Shown: positions 22,150 to 32,404 of the stretch, piece by piece
Position numbering within the stretch: position 1 is the stretch's first letter
How the letters are laid out: each line of letters begins with the position of its first letter
Position numbers and translations under genes: made by a program
From: Epithemia pelagica
Taxonomy: Eukaryota; Protista; Bacillariophyta
Length of the DNA stretch: 64,000 bases
Reading direction: 5' to 3'
Assembly (NCBI GenBank): GCA_946965045.2
Contig: OX337240.1
Coordinates: 620,001 to 684,000 of the forward strand
Notes under the pieces: model-generated
The model's database searches: none
The model's input: the letters and a program-made list of their open reading frames with translations, nothing else
Told to the model about the DNA's origin: nothing

Positions 22150-23581
22150 AAAGAGGAGGAGGCTCGAATCTGTGGTGACCACCGCCATTTGCAACCACCA
22201 ATTAGTTCCACCTTGTTGAACTACAAAACATGCTTGGTACACATTCATCATTGCTGCGACGCTCCATGTCTTGCCAAAGGAACCTCTACTTTTTGCATGC
22301 ACCTCGTTTTGTTGGATCCACCGCACTATAACGGGTTTGGGGAATATTGTGAATCTATCATCATCATCATCAACTTTCGATTATTTTTGCTTACATAAAA
22401 ATTCGTTCCTGAAACTTGTGAGGTGTAGGATTTTGTGAGAGCGTTTGAGGTTTTGTATGTGTCCAGAGTTTTGATTTGAAAGTTTGGATTGTATGTGCCC
22501 ACATGATTCTGATTGAAAGTTTGGATTGTATGTGGGCCACAAAAGAAGGCCTTACTATCCCATCGCACGCTACAGGTTTTCTGCTTGCTGTATTTTGTGA
22601 AAATCAAGAGTCCACCAGTTCAGGACGAACGATGATACAATGATGTGTCGATTTGGCGGAAAATGTATCCTGTAGATTGACACGATGCTTTACAATTTAC
22701 ACTGCGTGTTTTATCTTTTTTTGCGTCTTCTCGTTGGATCTAGAATTTATCTCTCACATTTCTCCATTGCCTTTCTCTAAATCACTTCTCCCTCTCTCGC
22801 TAGCTCTAGTGTGGCACTACGAGAGACTAAAGGTAGCCGTTATATCCCTATCCCTAAGCTCGTAACGAATTGATTCTTCGGACGACTTGGGACACGGCAC
22901 GTACACGGACACGGCCCATGCGCAACAGCGACTGCAATTGTGCACGATGACTACAAGCTGAGTTCAGACAGAATGTTCCTGACGTAGCGCTCCAGTAGGA
23001 AATCTACGTAATCCGCGCGAGCCATCCCCTTAATATAGCCCTTCTATTTATGCCTCTACCGTTCTACCAAAAATTGACCATGGTGAACGGTCCTTTTGAC
23101 CGATCTCTTGCCAAATAGGAGACGGCTCCATGATCCCATGCTCTGAACCTCTTCTCCATTCATGGGTTGAGCATGGAGAACGATGTCGGCGCTGCATTCG
23201 TTTTGTAGGTGTCGTTTTATCTAGTTGAAGGTGGTCGCCGCGCGATTTACTACGGCGACTCACGGCAAAACTTGGTGCAACCAATGCACCTCTATTGTAG
23301 AATCGAATGATAGAAGATAGAACAAAGACTATGAACACTTGTAGCGTTGTTCACGTCAAAAATTGATATTCTTCTCGTTAGATATATGGAACTTAGACTA
23401 GAAGTTGCGTCGTTCACAACAAAGATTGATGTTCTTTTCTTTGTTGTGACTCACACAGCCGTACCTGAACGCAATGTATTGTACGGTAAACGTAACACAA
23501 CTATAGAATTAGATCGTATTCATAGAGAATGAAGATCCTACTCAAATGATAATCATAAAACGCTGCTACATTGTTCACTAT

Positions 23582-24154
23582 CTAGGCTTGTTGATGATTA
23601 AAGAAGAGATTTTGAAGCGGGTGCTTGAGCATCATCGCACCAAGCGAAATGTTGAAGCGATCCATATCCTTGCTGCCCATGTAGATTGTAACGACCTGGG
23701 GTTCCATGCAGGCTTTAGGGTTGATGGAGCAGCGTGTGTAGAGGCGGATGCGTCCCATGGGAGGTCCGTTCTTGCTCGTCTTTCCAGAGACCTGGTCCAG
23801 GTGCGACAGAGCAATGAACCCAACTGGAACAACCAACGCTGGTTCCTCATGCTCGCTTGTTGCATCCCGGTCAAAGACTGCAATCCGTAGGTAGTCGGTC
23901 GCAAGCTCCCGCTGCACAAGCAGATGGCCACGGTCGACGATGTTGTGGCCAGTGTCCTTGTTTCTCGACATGGGCCCGATGAGCGCGCAAACATCGCTGG
24001 CATAAAAGCACGACTTGAACGGGAGACCAGCACCACCCTCACGGCCATCCTCTTCGTTGAACTCGAACTTCGTCCTCATGTTGGTCATCTTGTTTCTTCT
24101 TCCTTGCCTCTTCCTGTCGTCTCTGTTTGATTGTTCCATTGCACGGCGGGTCAT
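23582..24154 (-). CDS. Cargo ORF-A, hypothetical protein (190 aa), copy 1
   Basis: ORF with globular-looking composition, conserved in copy 2 (49994-50566) and divergent from ORF-B. Confidence 0.6.
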   Translation of the reverse strand: MTRRAMEQSNRDDRKRQGRRNKMTNMRTKFEFNEEDGREGGAGLPFKSCFYASDVCALIGPMSRNKDTGHNIVDRGHLLVQRELATDYLRIAVFDRDATSEHEEPALVVPVGFIALSHLDQVSGKTSKNGPPMGRIRLYTRCSINPKACMEPQVVTIYMGSKDMDRFNISLGAMMLKHPLQNLFFNHQQA

Positions 24155-24325
24155 TCGGAAGTTGCTTCATGCTGCAAGTTGATTTTGTGGCGCGCGCCGA
24201 TATTGTTCACGAATGAGCGCGGGGGGATTCCCTAGATGACACAAGAACGGAGAGCGGGCAACAATCAAACAAACAAACACAACAATCAAACGAACGAATC
24301 CCTATTGTGTTCTCACTTTCCAACG

Positions 24326-25232
24326 ATGCGCCAGACGCGTAGTGCTACCAAACGAGCTGAGTCTGCGAAGAAGGAGCAGGAGGACTCCGCCGCAGCTCCC
24401 TCCACAACCGCATTTCCCTCCGACAAGGGAAACAAGGGAAACAAGGCAAACAAGAAAATGAAGACAAAGACGGCCGTGGACAACAAAACGTCGAAGAAGA
24501 AGAAGACGACGACGACGAAGTCTCCCGCTTCGACAAAGAAGCATGTGACCTTCAACCTTGAGGGTCCTTCGTCGTGGCACGAGCGCGCAAAACAGTGGCA
24601 ACTCACCATTGGGGATGAAGATGGTATCCCAGTGTTCTTCGTCAGCAACAAGGACGTCAAATGCGCTAACCTGTCGGATATCGCGGCAGAGCTCCTTGCG
24701 ATCGAGGCTGTCGGCAAAGAAGGTAAGTTTGATTGTTCATTGTTGGTTTTGAGTCTCCCTTTCTCACGACGCGCCCTCTGCTGCCACAGACACCAAACCC
24801 AACAGCAAGCCCAACAACAAGCCCGACAGCAAGCCCGAGAAGGAGATCAAGAAGGAGGACGACGTCGAGAACAAGACTCCAGAGTCTTATGTGACCCCGA
24901 AGAAAGTAACTTCTTCCCCGAAGGTGGCGTCTCGAGCTTTCGCACTGACCCCCTCCCAGAAGCATGCTTTCCAGCGTCGGATTGCTGAGGAACAGGTGAA
25001 GGAAAGTGGAGCGACAGACCCTCGCCAGACTTTGAATGAGTCGCTGGCATTGGGAGAAAACATCCCGTCGTCTCCTCCTTTGTTCTTTAGCAATCCTTCC
25101 CGTGCATACCGGACATCCATTGATTCGTATGCCGATGATGGATTTCTCGAGACCCAAGAAGACTTCATCGGTACGCAGCAAAACGGGCTTTTTGGTCCCG
25201 ATTACTTGGATCATGAGGACGAGGCGTACTAG
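24326..25232 (+). CDS. Cargo ORF-B, hypothetical protein; join(24326..24722,24790..25232), 279 aa, copy 1
   Basis: Intron GTAAGT...CCACAG (24723-24789, 67 nt) joins MRQTRSATK...GKE to DTKPNSKP...DEAY* in frame. Confidence 0.72.
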
Positions 25233-25740
25233 ATATCTACTGATGGACGTTTTAGGTATCCTTAATCACTAAATATGAATTGATTTGTCATCATGGTAGT
25301 GCTTCTACAGTCGTTCTTGTTGTGATTATCATCATTGTCGTCGTCCAAGTCCTCGTCATTGTCGTGGCTATCATTGTCGTCGTTGTATTGTAGTCGTCCT
25401 TGTTGTAGCTATCATCGCTCATCCCGTTTGTCCTCTTCATCATCATCGTCATCGTCGTTATCCAGCTTGCCAGTGTCGGTAGTTGGGTCCCGGTTTGCGG
25501 GCACGCCTCGTATGGATGTACGAGGGAGTTTGTGATTGGTCCCAGACGAGCTATGATTCTTATCTCATATTTTGCGTTTTCGACACAACACGACAATGTA
25601 CTAAAGTATAATATGAAGGAATAAACTAGTAAATCTTAATGTCATACTGCAACTCAACGTACCATGGTATTCTTTTTCAACAATAACACACTTTCACCAC
25701 GAGGAAAGATCTAAGTTTGATCGGCTTCTTTGCTCGCGAT

Positions 25741-28647
25741 CTAAATACCAGGTTTTTTTGTAGCCAGAAGCACTCTACAATAATCACCCTGGACGGCAAC
25801 GCGATGGCCATCGAGCGTAAGGTTAACCCGAATGATCCCACTTGGGCGATCACCAGGAATGTCCTTTTGATGGAAGTAGCACTCTGAAAGCCTTTGTCCA
25901 GAAGGTAGATTGTAGCTGTTCTTTGGCATGGGATCGTGGATGGTCCCATCTTTTCCTTGGTACACGTAAAAATGTGCACGTGGATTTCCCAGCTCTCCAG
26001 TCTTAAAGCCACCAGCATGGACAGTATCTCCTCGAACGAGGAGAAACTTGCCGTACGGGATTTGTACCACGTTACCCAACTCATGCGTATAGTTCTCGTG
26101 CTTCTCAGCACGGTAGCTCCACAATTCAATGGACATACCCTCCTCCGTCAGGGGCATAAAAACAATGAAGGGGATGCGTTCCCGGAGTGGCAGATCTGAG
26201 AACGATCGCCGAGTCATCCTTTTGCTTTTTTGTTGCTTCCCGGATGGCGTTTTTGGACTCTCGGACATGTTTCCTGTTACGGCCGGGAACAAGAAGTCGA
26301 TGTGAGGTTCTTGCACTTCTTCCCGAGTGGATTTCATAAGCGAAAGGTGAATGCTCATTTGGTCTGCAAATGATTCATCTTTTGCGTACTTCATTCCATG
26401 GAGAGCTGAGGCAAGAAACTGCTTGAAATCTGTCGTGACTTTTTGGACATGTTCTGGGTCGCAGTCGTTGAAGTACCGAGTGTTGGCCACCATGCCCTCA
26501 TGTTCCATCATCGCCATCAACAAATTTGGGGTGTAGTCTTGAACAGATTTGAAAAAGGTGCCCTTTCCTTTACTGTTCAGGTGTTTGCCTTTCCACACTT
26601 GCTCCAGCAACTGGAGGAGGTCTGGCGGCGTTGTAAAAAAACAGCCTCGATAGATTTTGTTTTCACTATCGTATAGCGATTTGAAATACTTCTTGCGCAA
26701 TTCTCTATTTTGCAACATCTGTTGCTTTTGCCATTCACCCTCCTGCATTAACTCGTCGATCGCATTCATCTCTGGAGCAAAAGAATTGTCATCCGACATC
26801 TCCTGATCAAAAGAATTGTCATCCGTGGTGTCACTTTCTGAAAATTCTGGCAAGGCAATTACTCGTACTAACATTCCAGAAAGGGAGCGATTGGGTCGAG
26901 TGGCGGGTTGAGCTTGTGCTGCAGGTGGGACGGGATTGCTCGGACGCTCCGGTGAACCTACGACCGGCTGGGTCGTGCGTTGTTGTTGCTGCGATAAAGG
27001 CAGAGCCCCCTGGTAACCTCCTCCATAATGGGGTTGATTATAGGACGGGGGATGCCCATGGTAATGCGGCTGAGGATGATGCGGCGGCGGAGGATGATGC
27101 GGCGGAGGATGATACGAAGGAGGATGATGATGATACGAAGGAGGATGATGATGATGATGCGGCGGAGGATGATACGAAGGAGGATGATGACGATGCGGTG
27201 GATCATAATATGGCGGAGGATGATGACGATGCGGTGGATCATAATATGGCGGAGGATGAGGATGATGCGGTGGATCATAATACGGCGGAGGATGAGGATG
27301 ATACGGCGGAGGATGATGTGGTGGCAGCTGAGGGGGCGAATTGTAGTGCCCAGAAACGTCTTGCGGAGGAGGCGGAGAAGGAAGAGCAGGAGGACGAGCA
27401 ACAGCAGCAACTGGGCGGAAAACAGTAGTAGAAGAGGTAGCAAAAGCCTTCTTTGTTTTTTTCCCGTCGTCTTCATTTTCATCACTGGGTCGACCGCGTT
27501 TCTTTCCCTCGTCTTCGTCGTCGTCACCTTTCGTCGACGGTCGGATAACCTGTTCGGAGGACGTTGGCGATTCGTCCGAAAGGTTATAAAACAAAGACAG
27601 CTCGTCGCCCTTTTCGATCGGCTTGATTGCCTTGACTAGAAGATTCGGCATGATTCTCACGTTGTAATGATCATCCGATTCATCCGGTGGATTGTCTGTA
27701 CCGTACCGATGGTGTAGGTGGTCGTTGATTAAGTGCAGCCCCATGCCGAAGTGATCGTCGTTGTCTGCTTGAAGCCTTCGATTGTCACGTCCGAACTGAA
27801 TCGCGTACTCGTTGGGTACAACTGTCCGAGACGTGACGTCGTTTCCCGTGTACGCACCAATCACTTCACCATCTTTGATTGTCCGAACTGCAAAAACGCC
27901 AAACCCGGCGCCTGGGAGTTTTGACTCCTTCACCTCAAACAGAAGCACTTTTCCAAGGTAGATCTTGACTACCGGATTGTTCGCAAATGTGTAACCGACA
28001 TGCTTGCCGATCGGGAAGGTATGTTTTCTGTTCTTCTTGACAGGGAGACCCATTCCACTCGAAAGTGGCACAATCTTCCCCTTTTGCAAGCCAGAACCGG
28101 GCTTCCGAATTGGAGCTTCTTGGACCGAAAAAGTGGCCGAAATCTTCCGTGAGACATACTCTCCCATAGCACAGGCAAGTACAGCACTGTCTTTGATCTT
28201 GGAGAGCGTCTTGAGGCCTTCGGTGAAAGTCCTGATTGGATCCCGTCCAGAACGAGAAGGGAGTTTCTCCACTTCCTCGATGCCTTTCTTGTAGTCCGCT
28301 GTGCGCGTATCGATGAGGAGCTGCCGCATTTGAGTTTCCGAATACTGTTTGCTGTGGTCCTTCTCTGGATGGCCACGCCGAACATCTGCAAGCTTTTTAT
28401 CCTTCACTTCGGCAAAGTCTTGATCCGAAAGAAACCGATGGTGCTTTGTTGTTGTCGCTTCGTCTGTTGCTGCTGCTTCGGGTGCTGCGGCTGCTGCTGC
28501 TTCGGGCGCCGCTGCTGCTTTGGCTGACTGCTCTTCCGCTGCATCTATTGCAAGTATAAGAGCGTCAAGATTTCCTTTGTCACTCATGCTGTCTCGTTTT
28601 TGAGCGCCTGCTTTTGAATACTGTTTCTTAGGGCTTGGTTTCCCCAT
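25741..28647 (-). CDS. Cargo ORF-C: SET domain, Pro/His/Tyr-rich linker and 2OG-Fe(II) dioxygenase-like domain (968 aa), copy 1
   Basis: SET: ESKLPGAGFGVFA..I.DGEVIGAYTG, LINDH, AIKPIEKGDELSLFY. Double-stranded beta-helix (DSBH) oxygenase: QEPHIDF (HxD), RGDTVHAGG (distal His), NPRAHFY (Arg). Confidence 0.87.
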   Translation of the reverse strand: MGKPSPKKQYSKAGAQKRDSMSDKGNLDALILAIDAAEEQSAKAAAAPEAAAAAAPEAAATDEATTTKHHRFLSDQDFAEVKDKKLADVRRGHPEKDHSKQYSETQMRQLLIDTRTADYKKGIEEVEKLPSRSGRDPIRTFTEGLKTLSKIKDSAVLACAMGEYVSRKISATFSVQEAPIRKPGSGLQKGKIVPLSSGMGLPVKKNRKHTFPIGKHVGYTFANNPVVKIYLGKVLLFEVKESKLPGAGFGVFAVRTIKDGEVIGAYTGNDVTSRTVVPNEYAIQFGRDNRRLQADNDDHFGMGLHLINDHLHHRYGTDNPPDESDDHYNVRIMPNLLVKAIKPIEKGDELSLFYNLSDESPTSSEQVIRPSTKGDDDEDEGKKRGRPSDENEDDGKKTKKAFATSSTTVFRPVAAVARPPALPSPPPPQDVSGHYNSPPQLPPHHPPPYHPHPPPYYDPPHHPHPPPYYDPPHRHHPPPYYDPPHRHHPPSYHPPPHHHHHPPSYHHHPPSYHPPPHHPPPPHHPQPHYHGHPPSYNQPHYGGGYQGALPLSQQQQRTTQPVVGSPERPSNPVPPAAQAQPATRPNRSLSGMLVRVIALPEFSESDTTDDNSFDQEMSDDNSFAPEMNAIDELMQEGEWQKQQMLQNRELRKKYFKSLYDSENKIYRGCFFTTPPDLLQLLEQVWKGKHLNSKGKGTFFKSVQDYTPNLLMAMMEHEGMVANTRYFNDCDPEHVQKVTTDFKQFLASALHGMKYAKDESFADQMSIHLSLMKSTREEVQEPHIDFLFPAVTGNMSESPKTPSGKQQKSKRMTRRSFSDLPLRERIPFIVFMPLTEEGMSIELWSYRAEKHENYTHELGNVVQIPYGKFLLVRGDTVHAGGFKTGELGNPRAHFYVYQGKDGTIHDPMPKNSYNLPSGQRLSECYFHQKDIPGDRPSGIIRVNLTLDGHRVAVQGDYCRVLLATKKPGI

Positions 28648-29059
28648 GGTCGAAACGCAAAAACTCGAAACACGAAACACAAGAAACACGAAACGCAGCA
28701 TTCTCCTCAGCCCTCAGCTCACATTCCAAAAAAAAAATCTTGAGCTCACATACTAAAAAACGGTGAAGTTTTGGTATGTGGGCTGAGTTACTTAAGGATT
28801 TGCGTGCCAGTTTTGCGATGCGTGCGCGTTTTCGGAGAGGGAGGCGTGTTTCGCGCGAGGTCTGCTCCGAAAATCGTCCATTTTCTCGCTCTCTCACATT
28901 TTCGAGGTACTTACAAACTGATAATCCAACACGCAACACGAGCACGCAACACGGAAGTGATCATTGATACCAATAACTGACAAGAAATACATTCAATAAA
29001 ATGGATTGCTGTTATAAATAGTTAAGTTACATGCATTTTGATGATAAATGGAGATTAGA

Positions 29060-32000
29060 TCAGGTTTCTACTGCACCAGATCCTTGCGTTTCTCTCCAGA
29101 GACGTGAGATGAAGCCATGATCTTGGTCGAAGGCGGATCGGTGACACTTGATTGCTTTTGACATCTTTTCAATTTCGGCATACGAGAGGCCCGCAGCTGC
29201 ATAGTCTCTGTTGTTGGAATTTTGATCGTATAACAAGTACGCGAGCATATAGCGACGTGCCTTTGCTGACATTTTCCGCATGATTTCGGGTGTTGTTTTC
29301 TTCAGGCTCGCTGTCAAACATCGTAAAAAGGCAGCTTTGTCTTTCTTCTCATTCAGTGAGAAAGCACAAAAGACTTTTTTTGAGTAACCCCAGCCATACT
29401 CGATCCCCTCACCGGCCATTTCACAGTGATACTTGGTCGATACGAGAATCTCGATCCTGCAACGATGTCGTTCAGACAAGTCTTCCGCCAGCTTCTCCAT
29501 TGCAGATTTTTTGTTCTTGAAATCGGAGCATTTGCTCATCAGATGAACCATAGAGTACTTTTTGTAGTCCGCCTGATAGGCTTCTTTCACAGTCTTCTTA
29601 TCCGCTTCCAACCATGCATCTCTGGTTGTCTTGACGTACTTGATCATGTTGTTAGGGTCTATCCACCCCCGCTCCCATAACACTTGAAAGAGCCCTTTTG
29701 CAGCATTCATCCAGCCTTCCTCGATCACATCATCTTCAATCACCGTTGCAATGTTGGAGCGTTTACAAAGGTCCTGTAGTTCACCAGCATTTTTCGATTG
29801 AAATGAACGTTGCATTCCAGGTCCCATGACCCGGACAAGTTTTGCCATGAGCTCCTTCTTTGTGAGGTTGCGCTTTTTCTTTCTACCAGTTCGGTGTGTA
29901 TTCTTCGATGCGACACGCTGCGCGTCATTGAGACGATGGCCTTTTTTAGCAACTGGACCACGATCGTTCTCCTGATAGACGAGGTGTTGTACGTCACCAA
30001 CTCGTAGTTTGTCGTCATGGTTGTACGGGCCAAGGCAAGCTTGATCAATAATTTGTGTGTCCCGCATGCTGGGAACAGCTCCTCCCCAGTCGTTATTCAT
30101 GTTCAGAGCATTTAACCCATCGGATTGTTGTTTTCCATGACCACTGCTTTGGTCGAACAAAAAGACAAAGTCATGGGCAGGGAACATGACCACGAGGCAA
30201 TCGACAATATCCTCCAACTGCAAGGCCATGTATTCATAATTCCAATATCCCTCTTTATCTGCTCCGTATTCAAAAAAGCGAGTGAACGGTTGGGCATTGG
30301 TAATTGGAGTCTTGGCAGTGTGACCATTGAGGTTCACTGCAGCCTCGGTAGAGACGTATTTGTTGTGTGTCGCATGTAGACGGAGTTCATTAATCCGAAA
30401 TAGACTCGCAGCAAGCAACGGGTTTCCGTTCATAAGGAAGCCCCATGATCGGCTTACAAAAGCGCTGATCATCATCCCATGTCCATCATCCTTTGGCAGC
30501 ATTTTAGTTGCGCCATCTTTAGTGTACCATGCCTTAGACGAGAAGGAAAACTGCTTGTAGATCGATTCGTCCTGGCCGATGAGGATGACAGGTTTGCGGT
30601 CGGAGGGAAACCTGTGTGACAAGTTTCCATTGTGAATTGTGTTTTCTGGTTTGATGTACCGTTCAAATTCGCTTGGGAAGGCATCAACATGGTACTCCCG
30701 CATCTGCTTGCCTGTTGTTACATCAGTGTACTCAAATACAAAGCTGTTTGGCAAGAGCTTCTCCTTGCCCGCATTCCCTTCGTTTTCAAGTTTGATTGCA
30801 TCCTCGGTAGGGAGCTGCACCCACCGATACGACAGCTCTTCCCACTTAAAGTACTTCTTGACAAAAGCAGCTCTGTGGGCAACATTCTCAGCATTTTCGT
30901 GTCGATCAGTGAAGTATTTTTTCGTGTGTTCCTTGAACACGAACCCTGCAGCAGCAATACATCGCCACGCTGTGCTTTGCGAAATGGTGGAAAGCTTCAT
31001 CGATGCCAAGAAGGCCTCGTACGATACTGGCGTTGCATTCGTATCCATGCACTCTTGTACGATCATGGTATGCATATCCGGAAGCAATGTTGTCCTCAGG
31101 TACATTAGAGCAGACTCTGTTGTAAGAGTGCTCAGGTTTTCCTTTGCCCAGCATTCAAACTTTACCTTTGCTTCAGGTATGTGAACGAATAAGACGGGCG
31201 ATGGCTCTTTCCCAATATGAACGTGGTAGTTGGGATGAGGGAAACTGTCGTTTTCCCGAAAGTACCTGTGAAAACGAGCAATGGTCTTGGGATGTTTTTT
31301 TACTTTTTCACCATAAATCTGTTCCATTTTGCTAATGGCTTCGCTTATGCAGTTCAGCCATGTACGACCGTGTGGCATATCAAGCAACGCTATCTTATAA
31401 GAAAGTTGTAAATACGTTGCCTTGAGCAGTACCCTCTGTTGCTGTTCCTGGTTGAGGGGGAAGATGTCTCCCTTGTTAACCACATTCGGAAGTGCCTCCA
31501 CGTTGGAAATGGCCCTTTCAAGGGTTTCTATCCATCGCTCAAGATTTCGTTTTGACAATCCTGGAGAATCGCATTTGCCGGCAAAGAGCCTACGGTTCCT
31601 TGGCTCATCAAAACAGGCGCTTTCCATTTGTTGCGATAGACCTTGGATCATCTCACTCTCGAAAACTGAAAAACCAATCGGCAAACTCTGTGGATGGTCA
31701 TGGCCGATTTCGTCTGTGGCCAATTCAGGATGTTGGATTGCTCCAACAAGCACCTGATTTGTGTTGTCGTGAGGTGGTGACGTTTGCATTTCGGTAGGGC
31801 TGTCTCCAATTTGTGGCGGTTGACCATGTTGCTGCGTTGCAGTGCTCTTGATTGCTGGTGGAGTTGAAGTGTTTCTTGCTTGCTTGGATGTATTTAGCGT
31901 GCCTTCACGCAACCCTGGTGACTCTTCGTTCCTTCGCTTCGTTGGCTTCGCTCGTCCCGACCGCCGAATCGTGTTTGTTTCTGCAGCCTCCAGCCATTCT

Positions 32001-32404
32001 TGGTGATCGTCGAATATCACTGGCCGTGTTGTTGTGTCGGAGCTTACATAAAAGAATGTGTATCTTTTATTGTGGATTGTGACTTTGTGGCGGTACCAGC
32101 CAAACTTGTTTGATTCCGACACCTTAGTTTCGAAACAGAGTTTAAGAACAACATCTTTAGTCAAAACAAGATTCAGTCTGAATGTCGACAGTCCTGGCAG
32201 CCAAGTGTGCATGAAGTTCACAATCTGGGTGTCTTGGATCCACTTGTTGCAGAACCCAAACGAGGATGGGGAGCATTGCGTCTTAAAGACGTCAAGAATC
32301 TCTTGTGCCGATAAACTTCGTTCCATCCGAGACTGTGTTGCGTGGGATGAGTCGGATGATCGCGTCATTGAGTATGATGCCAACCCCGTACCTTGTAGCG
32401 CCAT
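29060..32404 (-). CDS. DDE transposase, IS630/Tc1/mariner-like with a very long D-E spacer (1114 aa), copy 1, intact
   Basis: LIGQDESIY (D1), FLFDQSSGH (D2), KYHCEMAGEGIEYGWG (E). About 250 residues between D2 and E by manual count. The ATG position is conserved in copy 2 (33462). Confidence 0.87.
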   Translation of the reverse strand: MALQGTGLASYSMTRSSDSSHATQSRMERSLSAQEILDVFKTQCSPSSFGFCNKWIQDTQIVNFMHTWLPGLSTFRLNLVLTKDVVLKLCFETKVSESNKFGWYRHKVTIHNKRYTFFYVSSDTTTRPVIFDDHQEWLEAAETNTIRRSGRAKPTKRRNEESPGLREGTLNTSKQARNTSTPPAIKSTATQQHGQPPQIGDSPTEMQTSPPHDNTNQVLVGAIQHPELATDEIGHDHPQSLPIGFSVFESEMIQGLSQQMESACFDEPRNRRLFAGKCDSPGLSKRNLERWIETLERAISNVEALPNVVNKGDIFPLNQEQQQRVLLKATYLQLSYKIALLDMPHGRTWLNCISEAISKMEQIYGEKVKKHPKTIARFHRYFRENDSFPHPNYHVHIGKEPSPVLFVHIPEAKVKFECWAKENLSTLTTESALMYLRTTLLPDMHTMIVQECMDTNATPVSYEAFLASMKLSTISQSTAWRCIAAAGFVFKEHTKKYFTDRHENAENVAHRAAFVKKYFKWEELSYRWVQLPTEDAIKLENEGNAGKEKLLPNSFVFEYTDVTTGKQMREYHVDAFPSEFERYIKPENTIHNGNLSHRFPSDRKPVILIGQDESIYKQFSFSSKAWYTKDGATKMLPKDDGHGMMISAFVSRSWGFLMNGNPLLAASLFRINELRLHATHNKYVSTEAAVNLNGHTAKTPITNAQPFTRFFEYGADKEGYWNYEYMALQLEDIVDCLVVMFPAHDFVFLFDQSSGHGKQQSDGLNALNMNNDWGGAVPSMRDTQIIDQACLGPYNHDDKLRVGDVQHLVYQENDRGPVAKKGHRLNDAQRVASKNTHRTGRKKKRNLTKKELMAKLVRVMGPGMQRSFQSKNAGELQDLCKRSNIATVIEDDVIEEGWMNAAKGLFQVLWERGWIDPNNMIKYVKTTRDAWLEADKKTVKEAYQADYKKYSMVHLMSKCSDFKNKKSAMEKLAEDLSERHRCRIEILVSTKYHCEMAGEGIEYGWGYSKKVFCAFSLNEKKDKAAFLRCLTASLKKTTPEIMRKMSAKARRYMLAYLLYDQNSNNRDYAAAGLSYAEIEKMSKAIKCHRSAFDQDHGFISRLWRETQGSGAVET

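Noticed and set aside
25290-25460. Asp-rich reading (GAT/GAC runs; also 48650-48840) as a fifth cargo gene
   Set aside because: Contains in-frame TGA TAG and has no start; looks like low-complexity sequence between convergent genes.
26916-27639. Arg/Met-rich and Asp/Ala-rich ORFs (also 46746-47292)
   Set aside because: Antisense or alternative-frame shadows of the Pro/His/Tyr repeat region of the SET-oxygenase gene.
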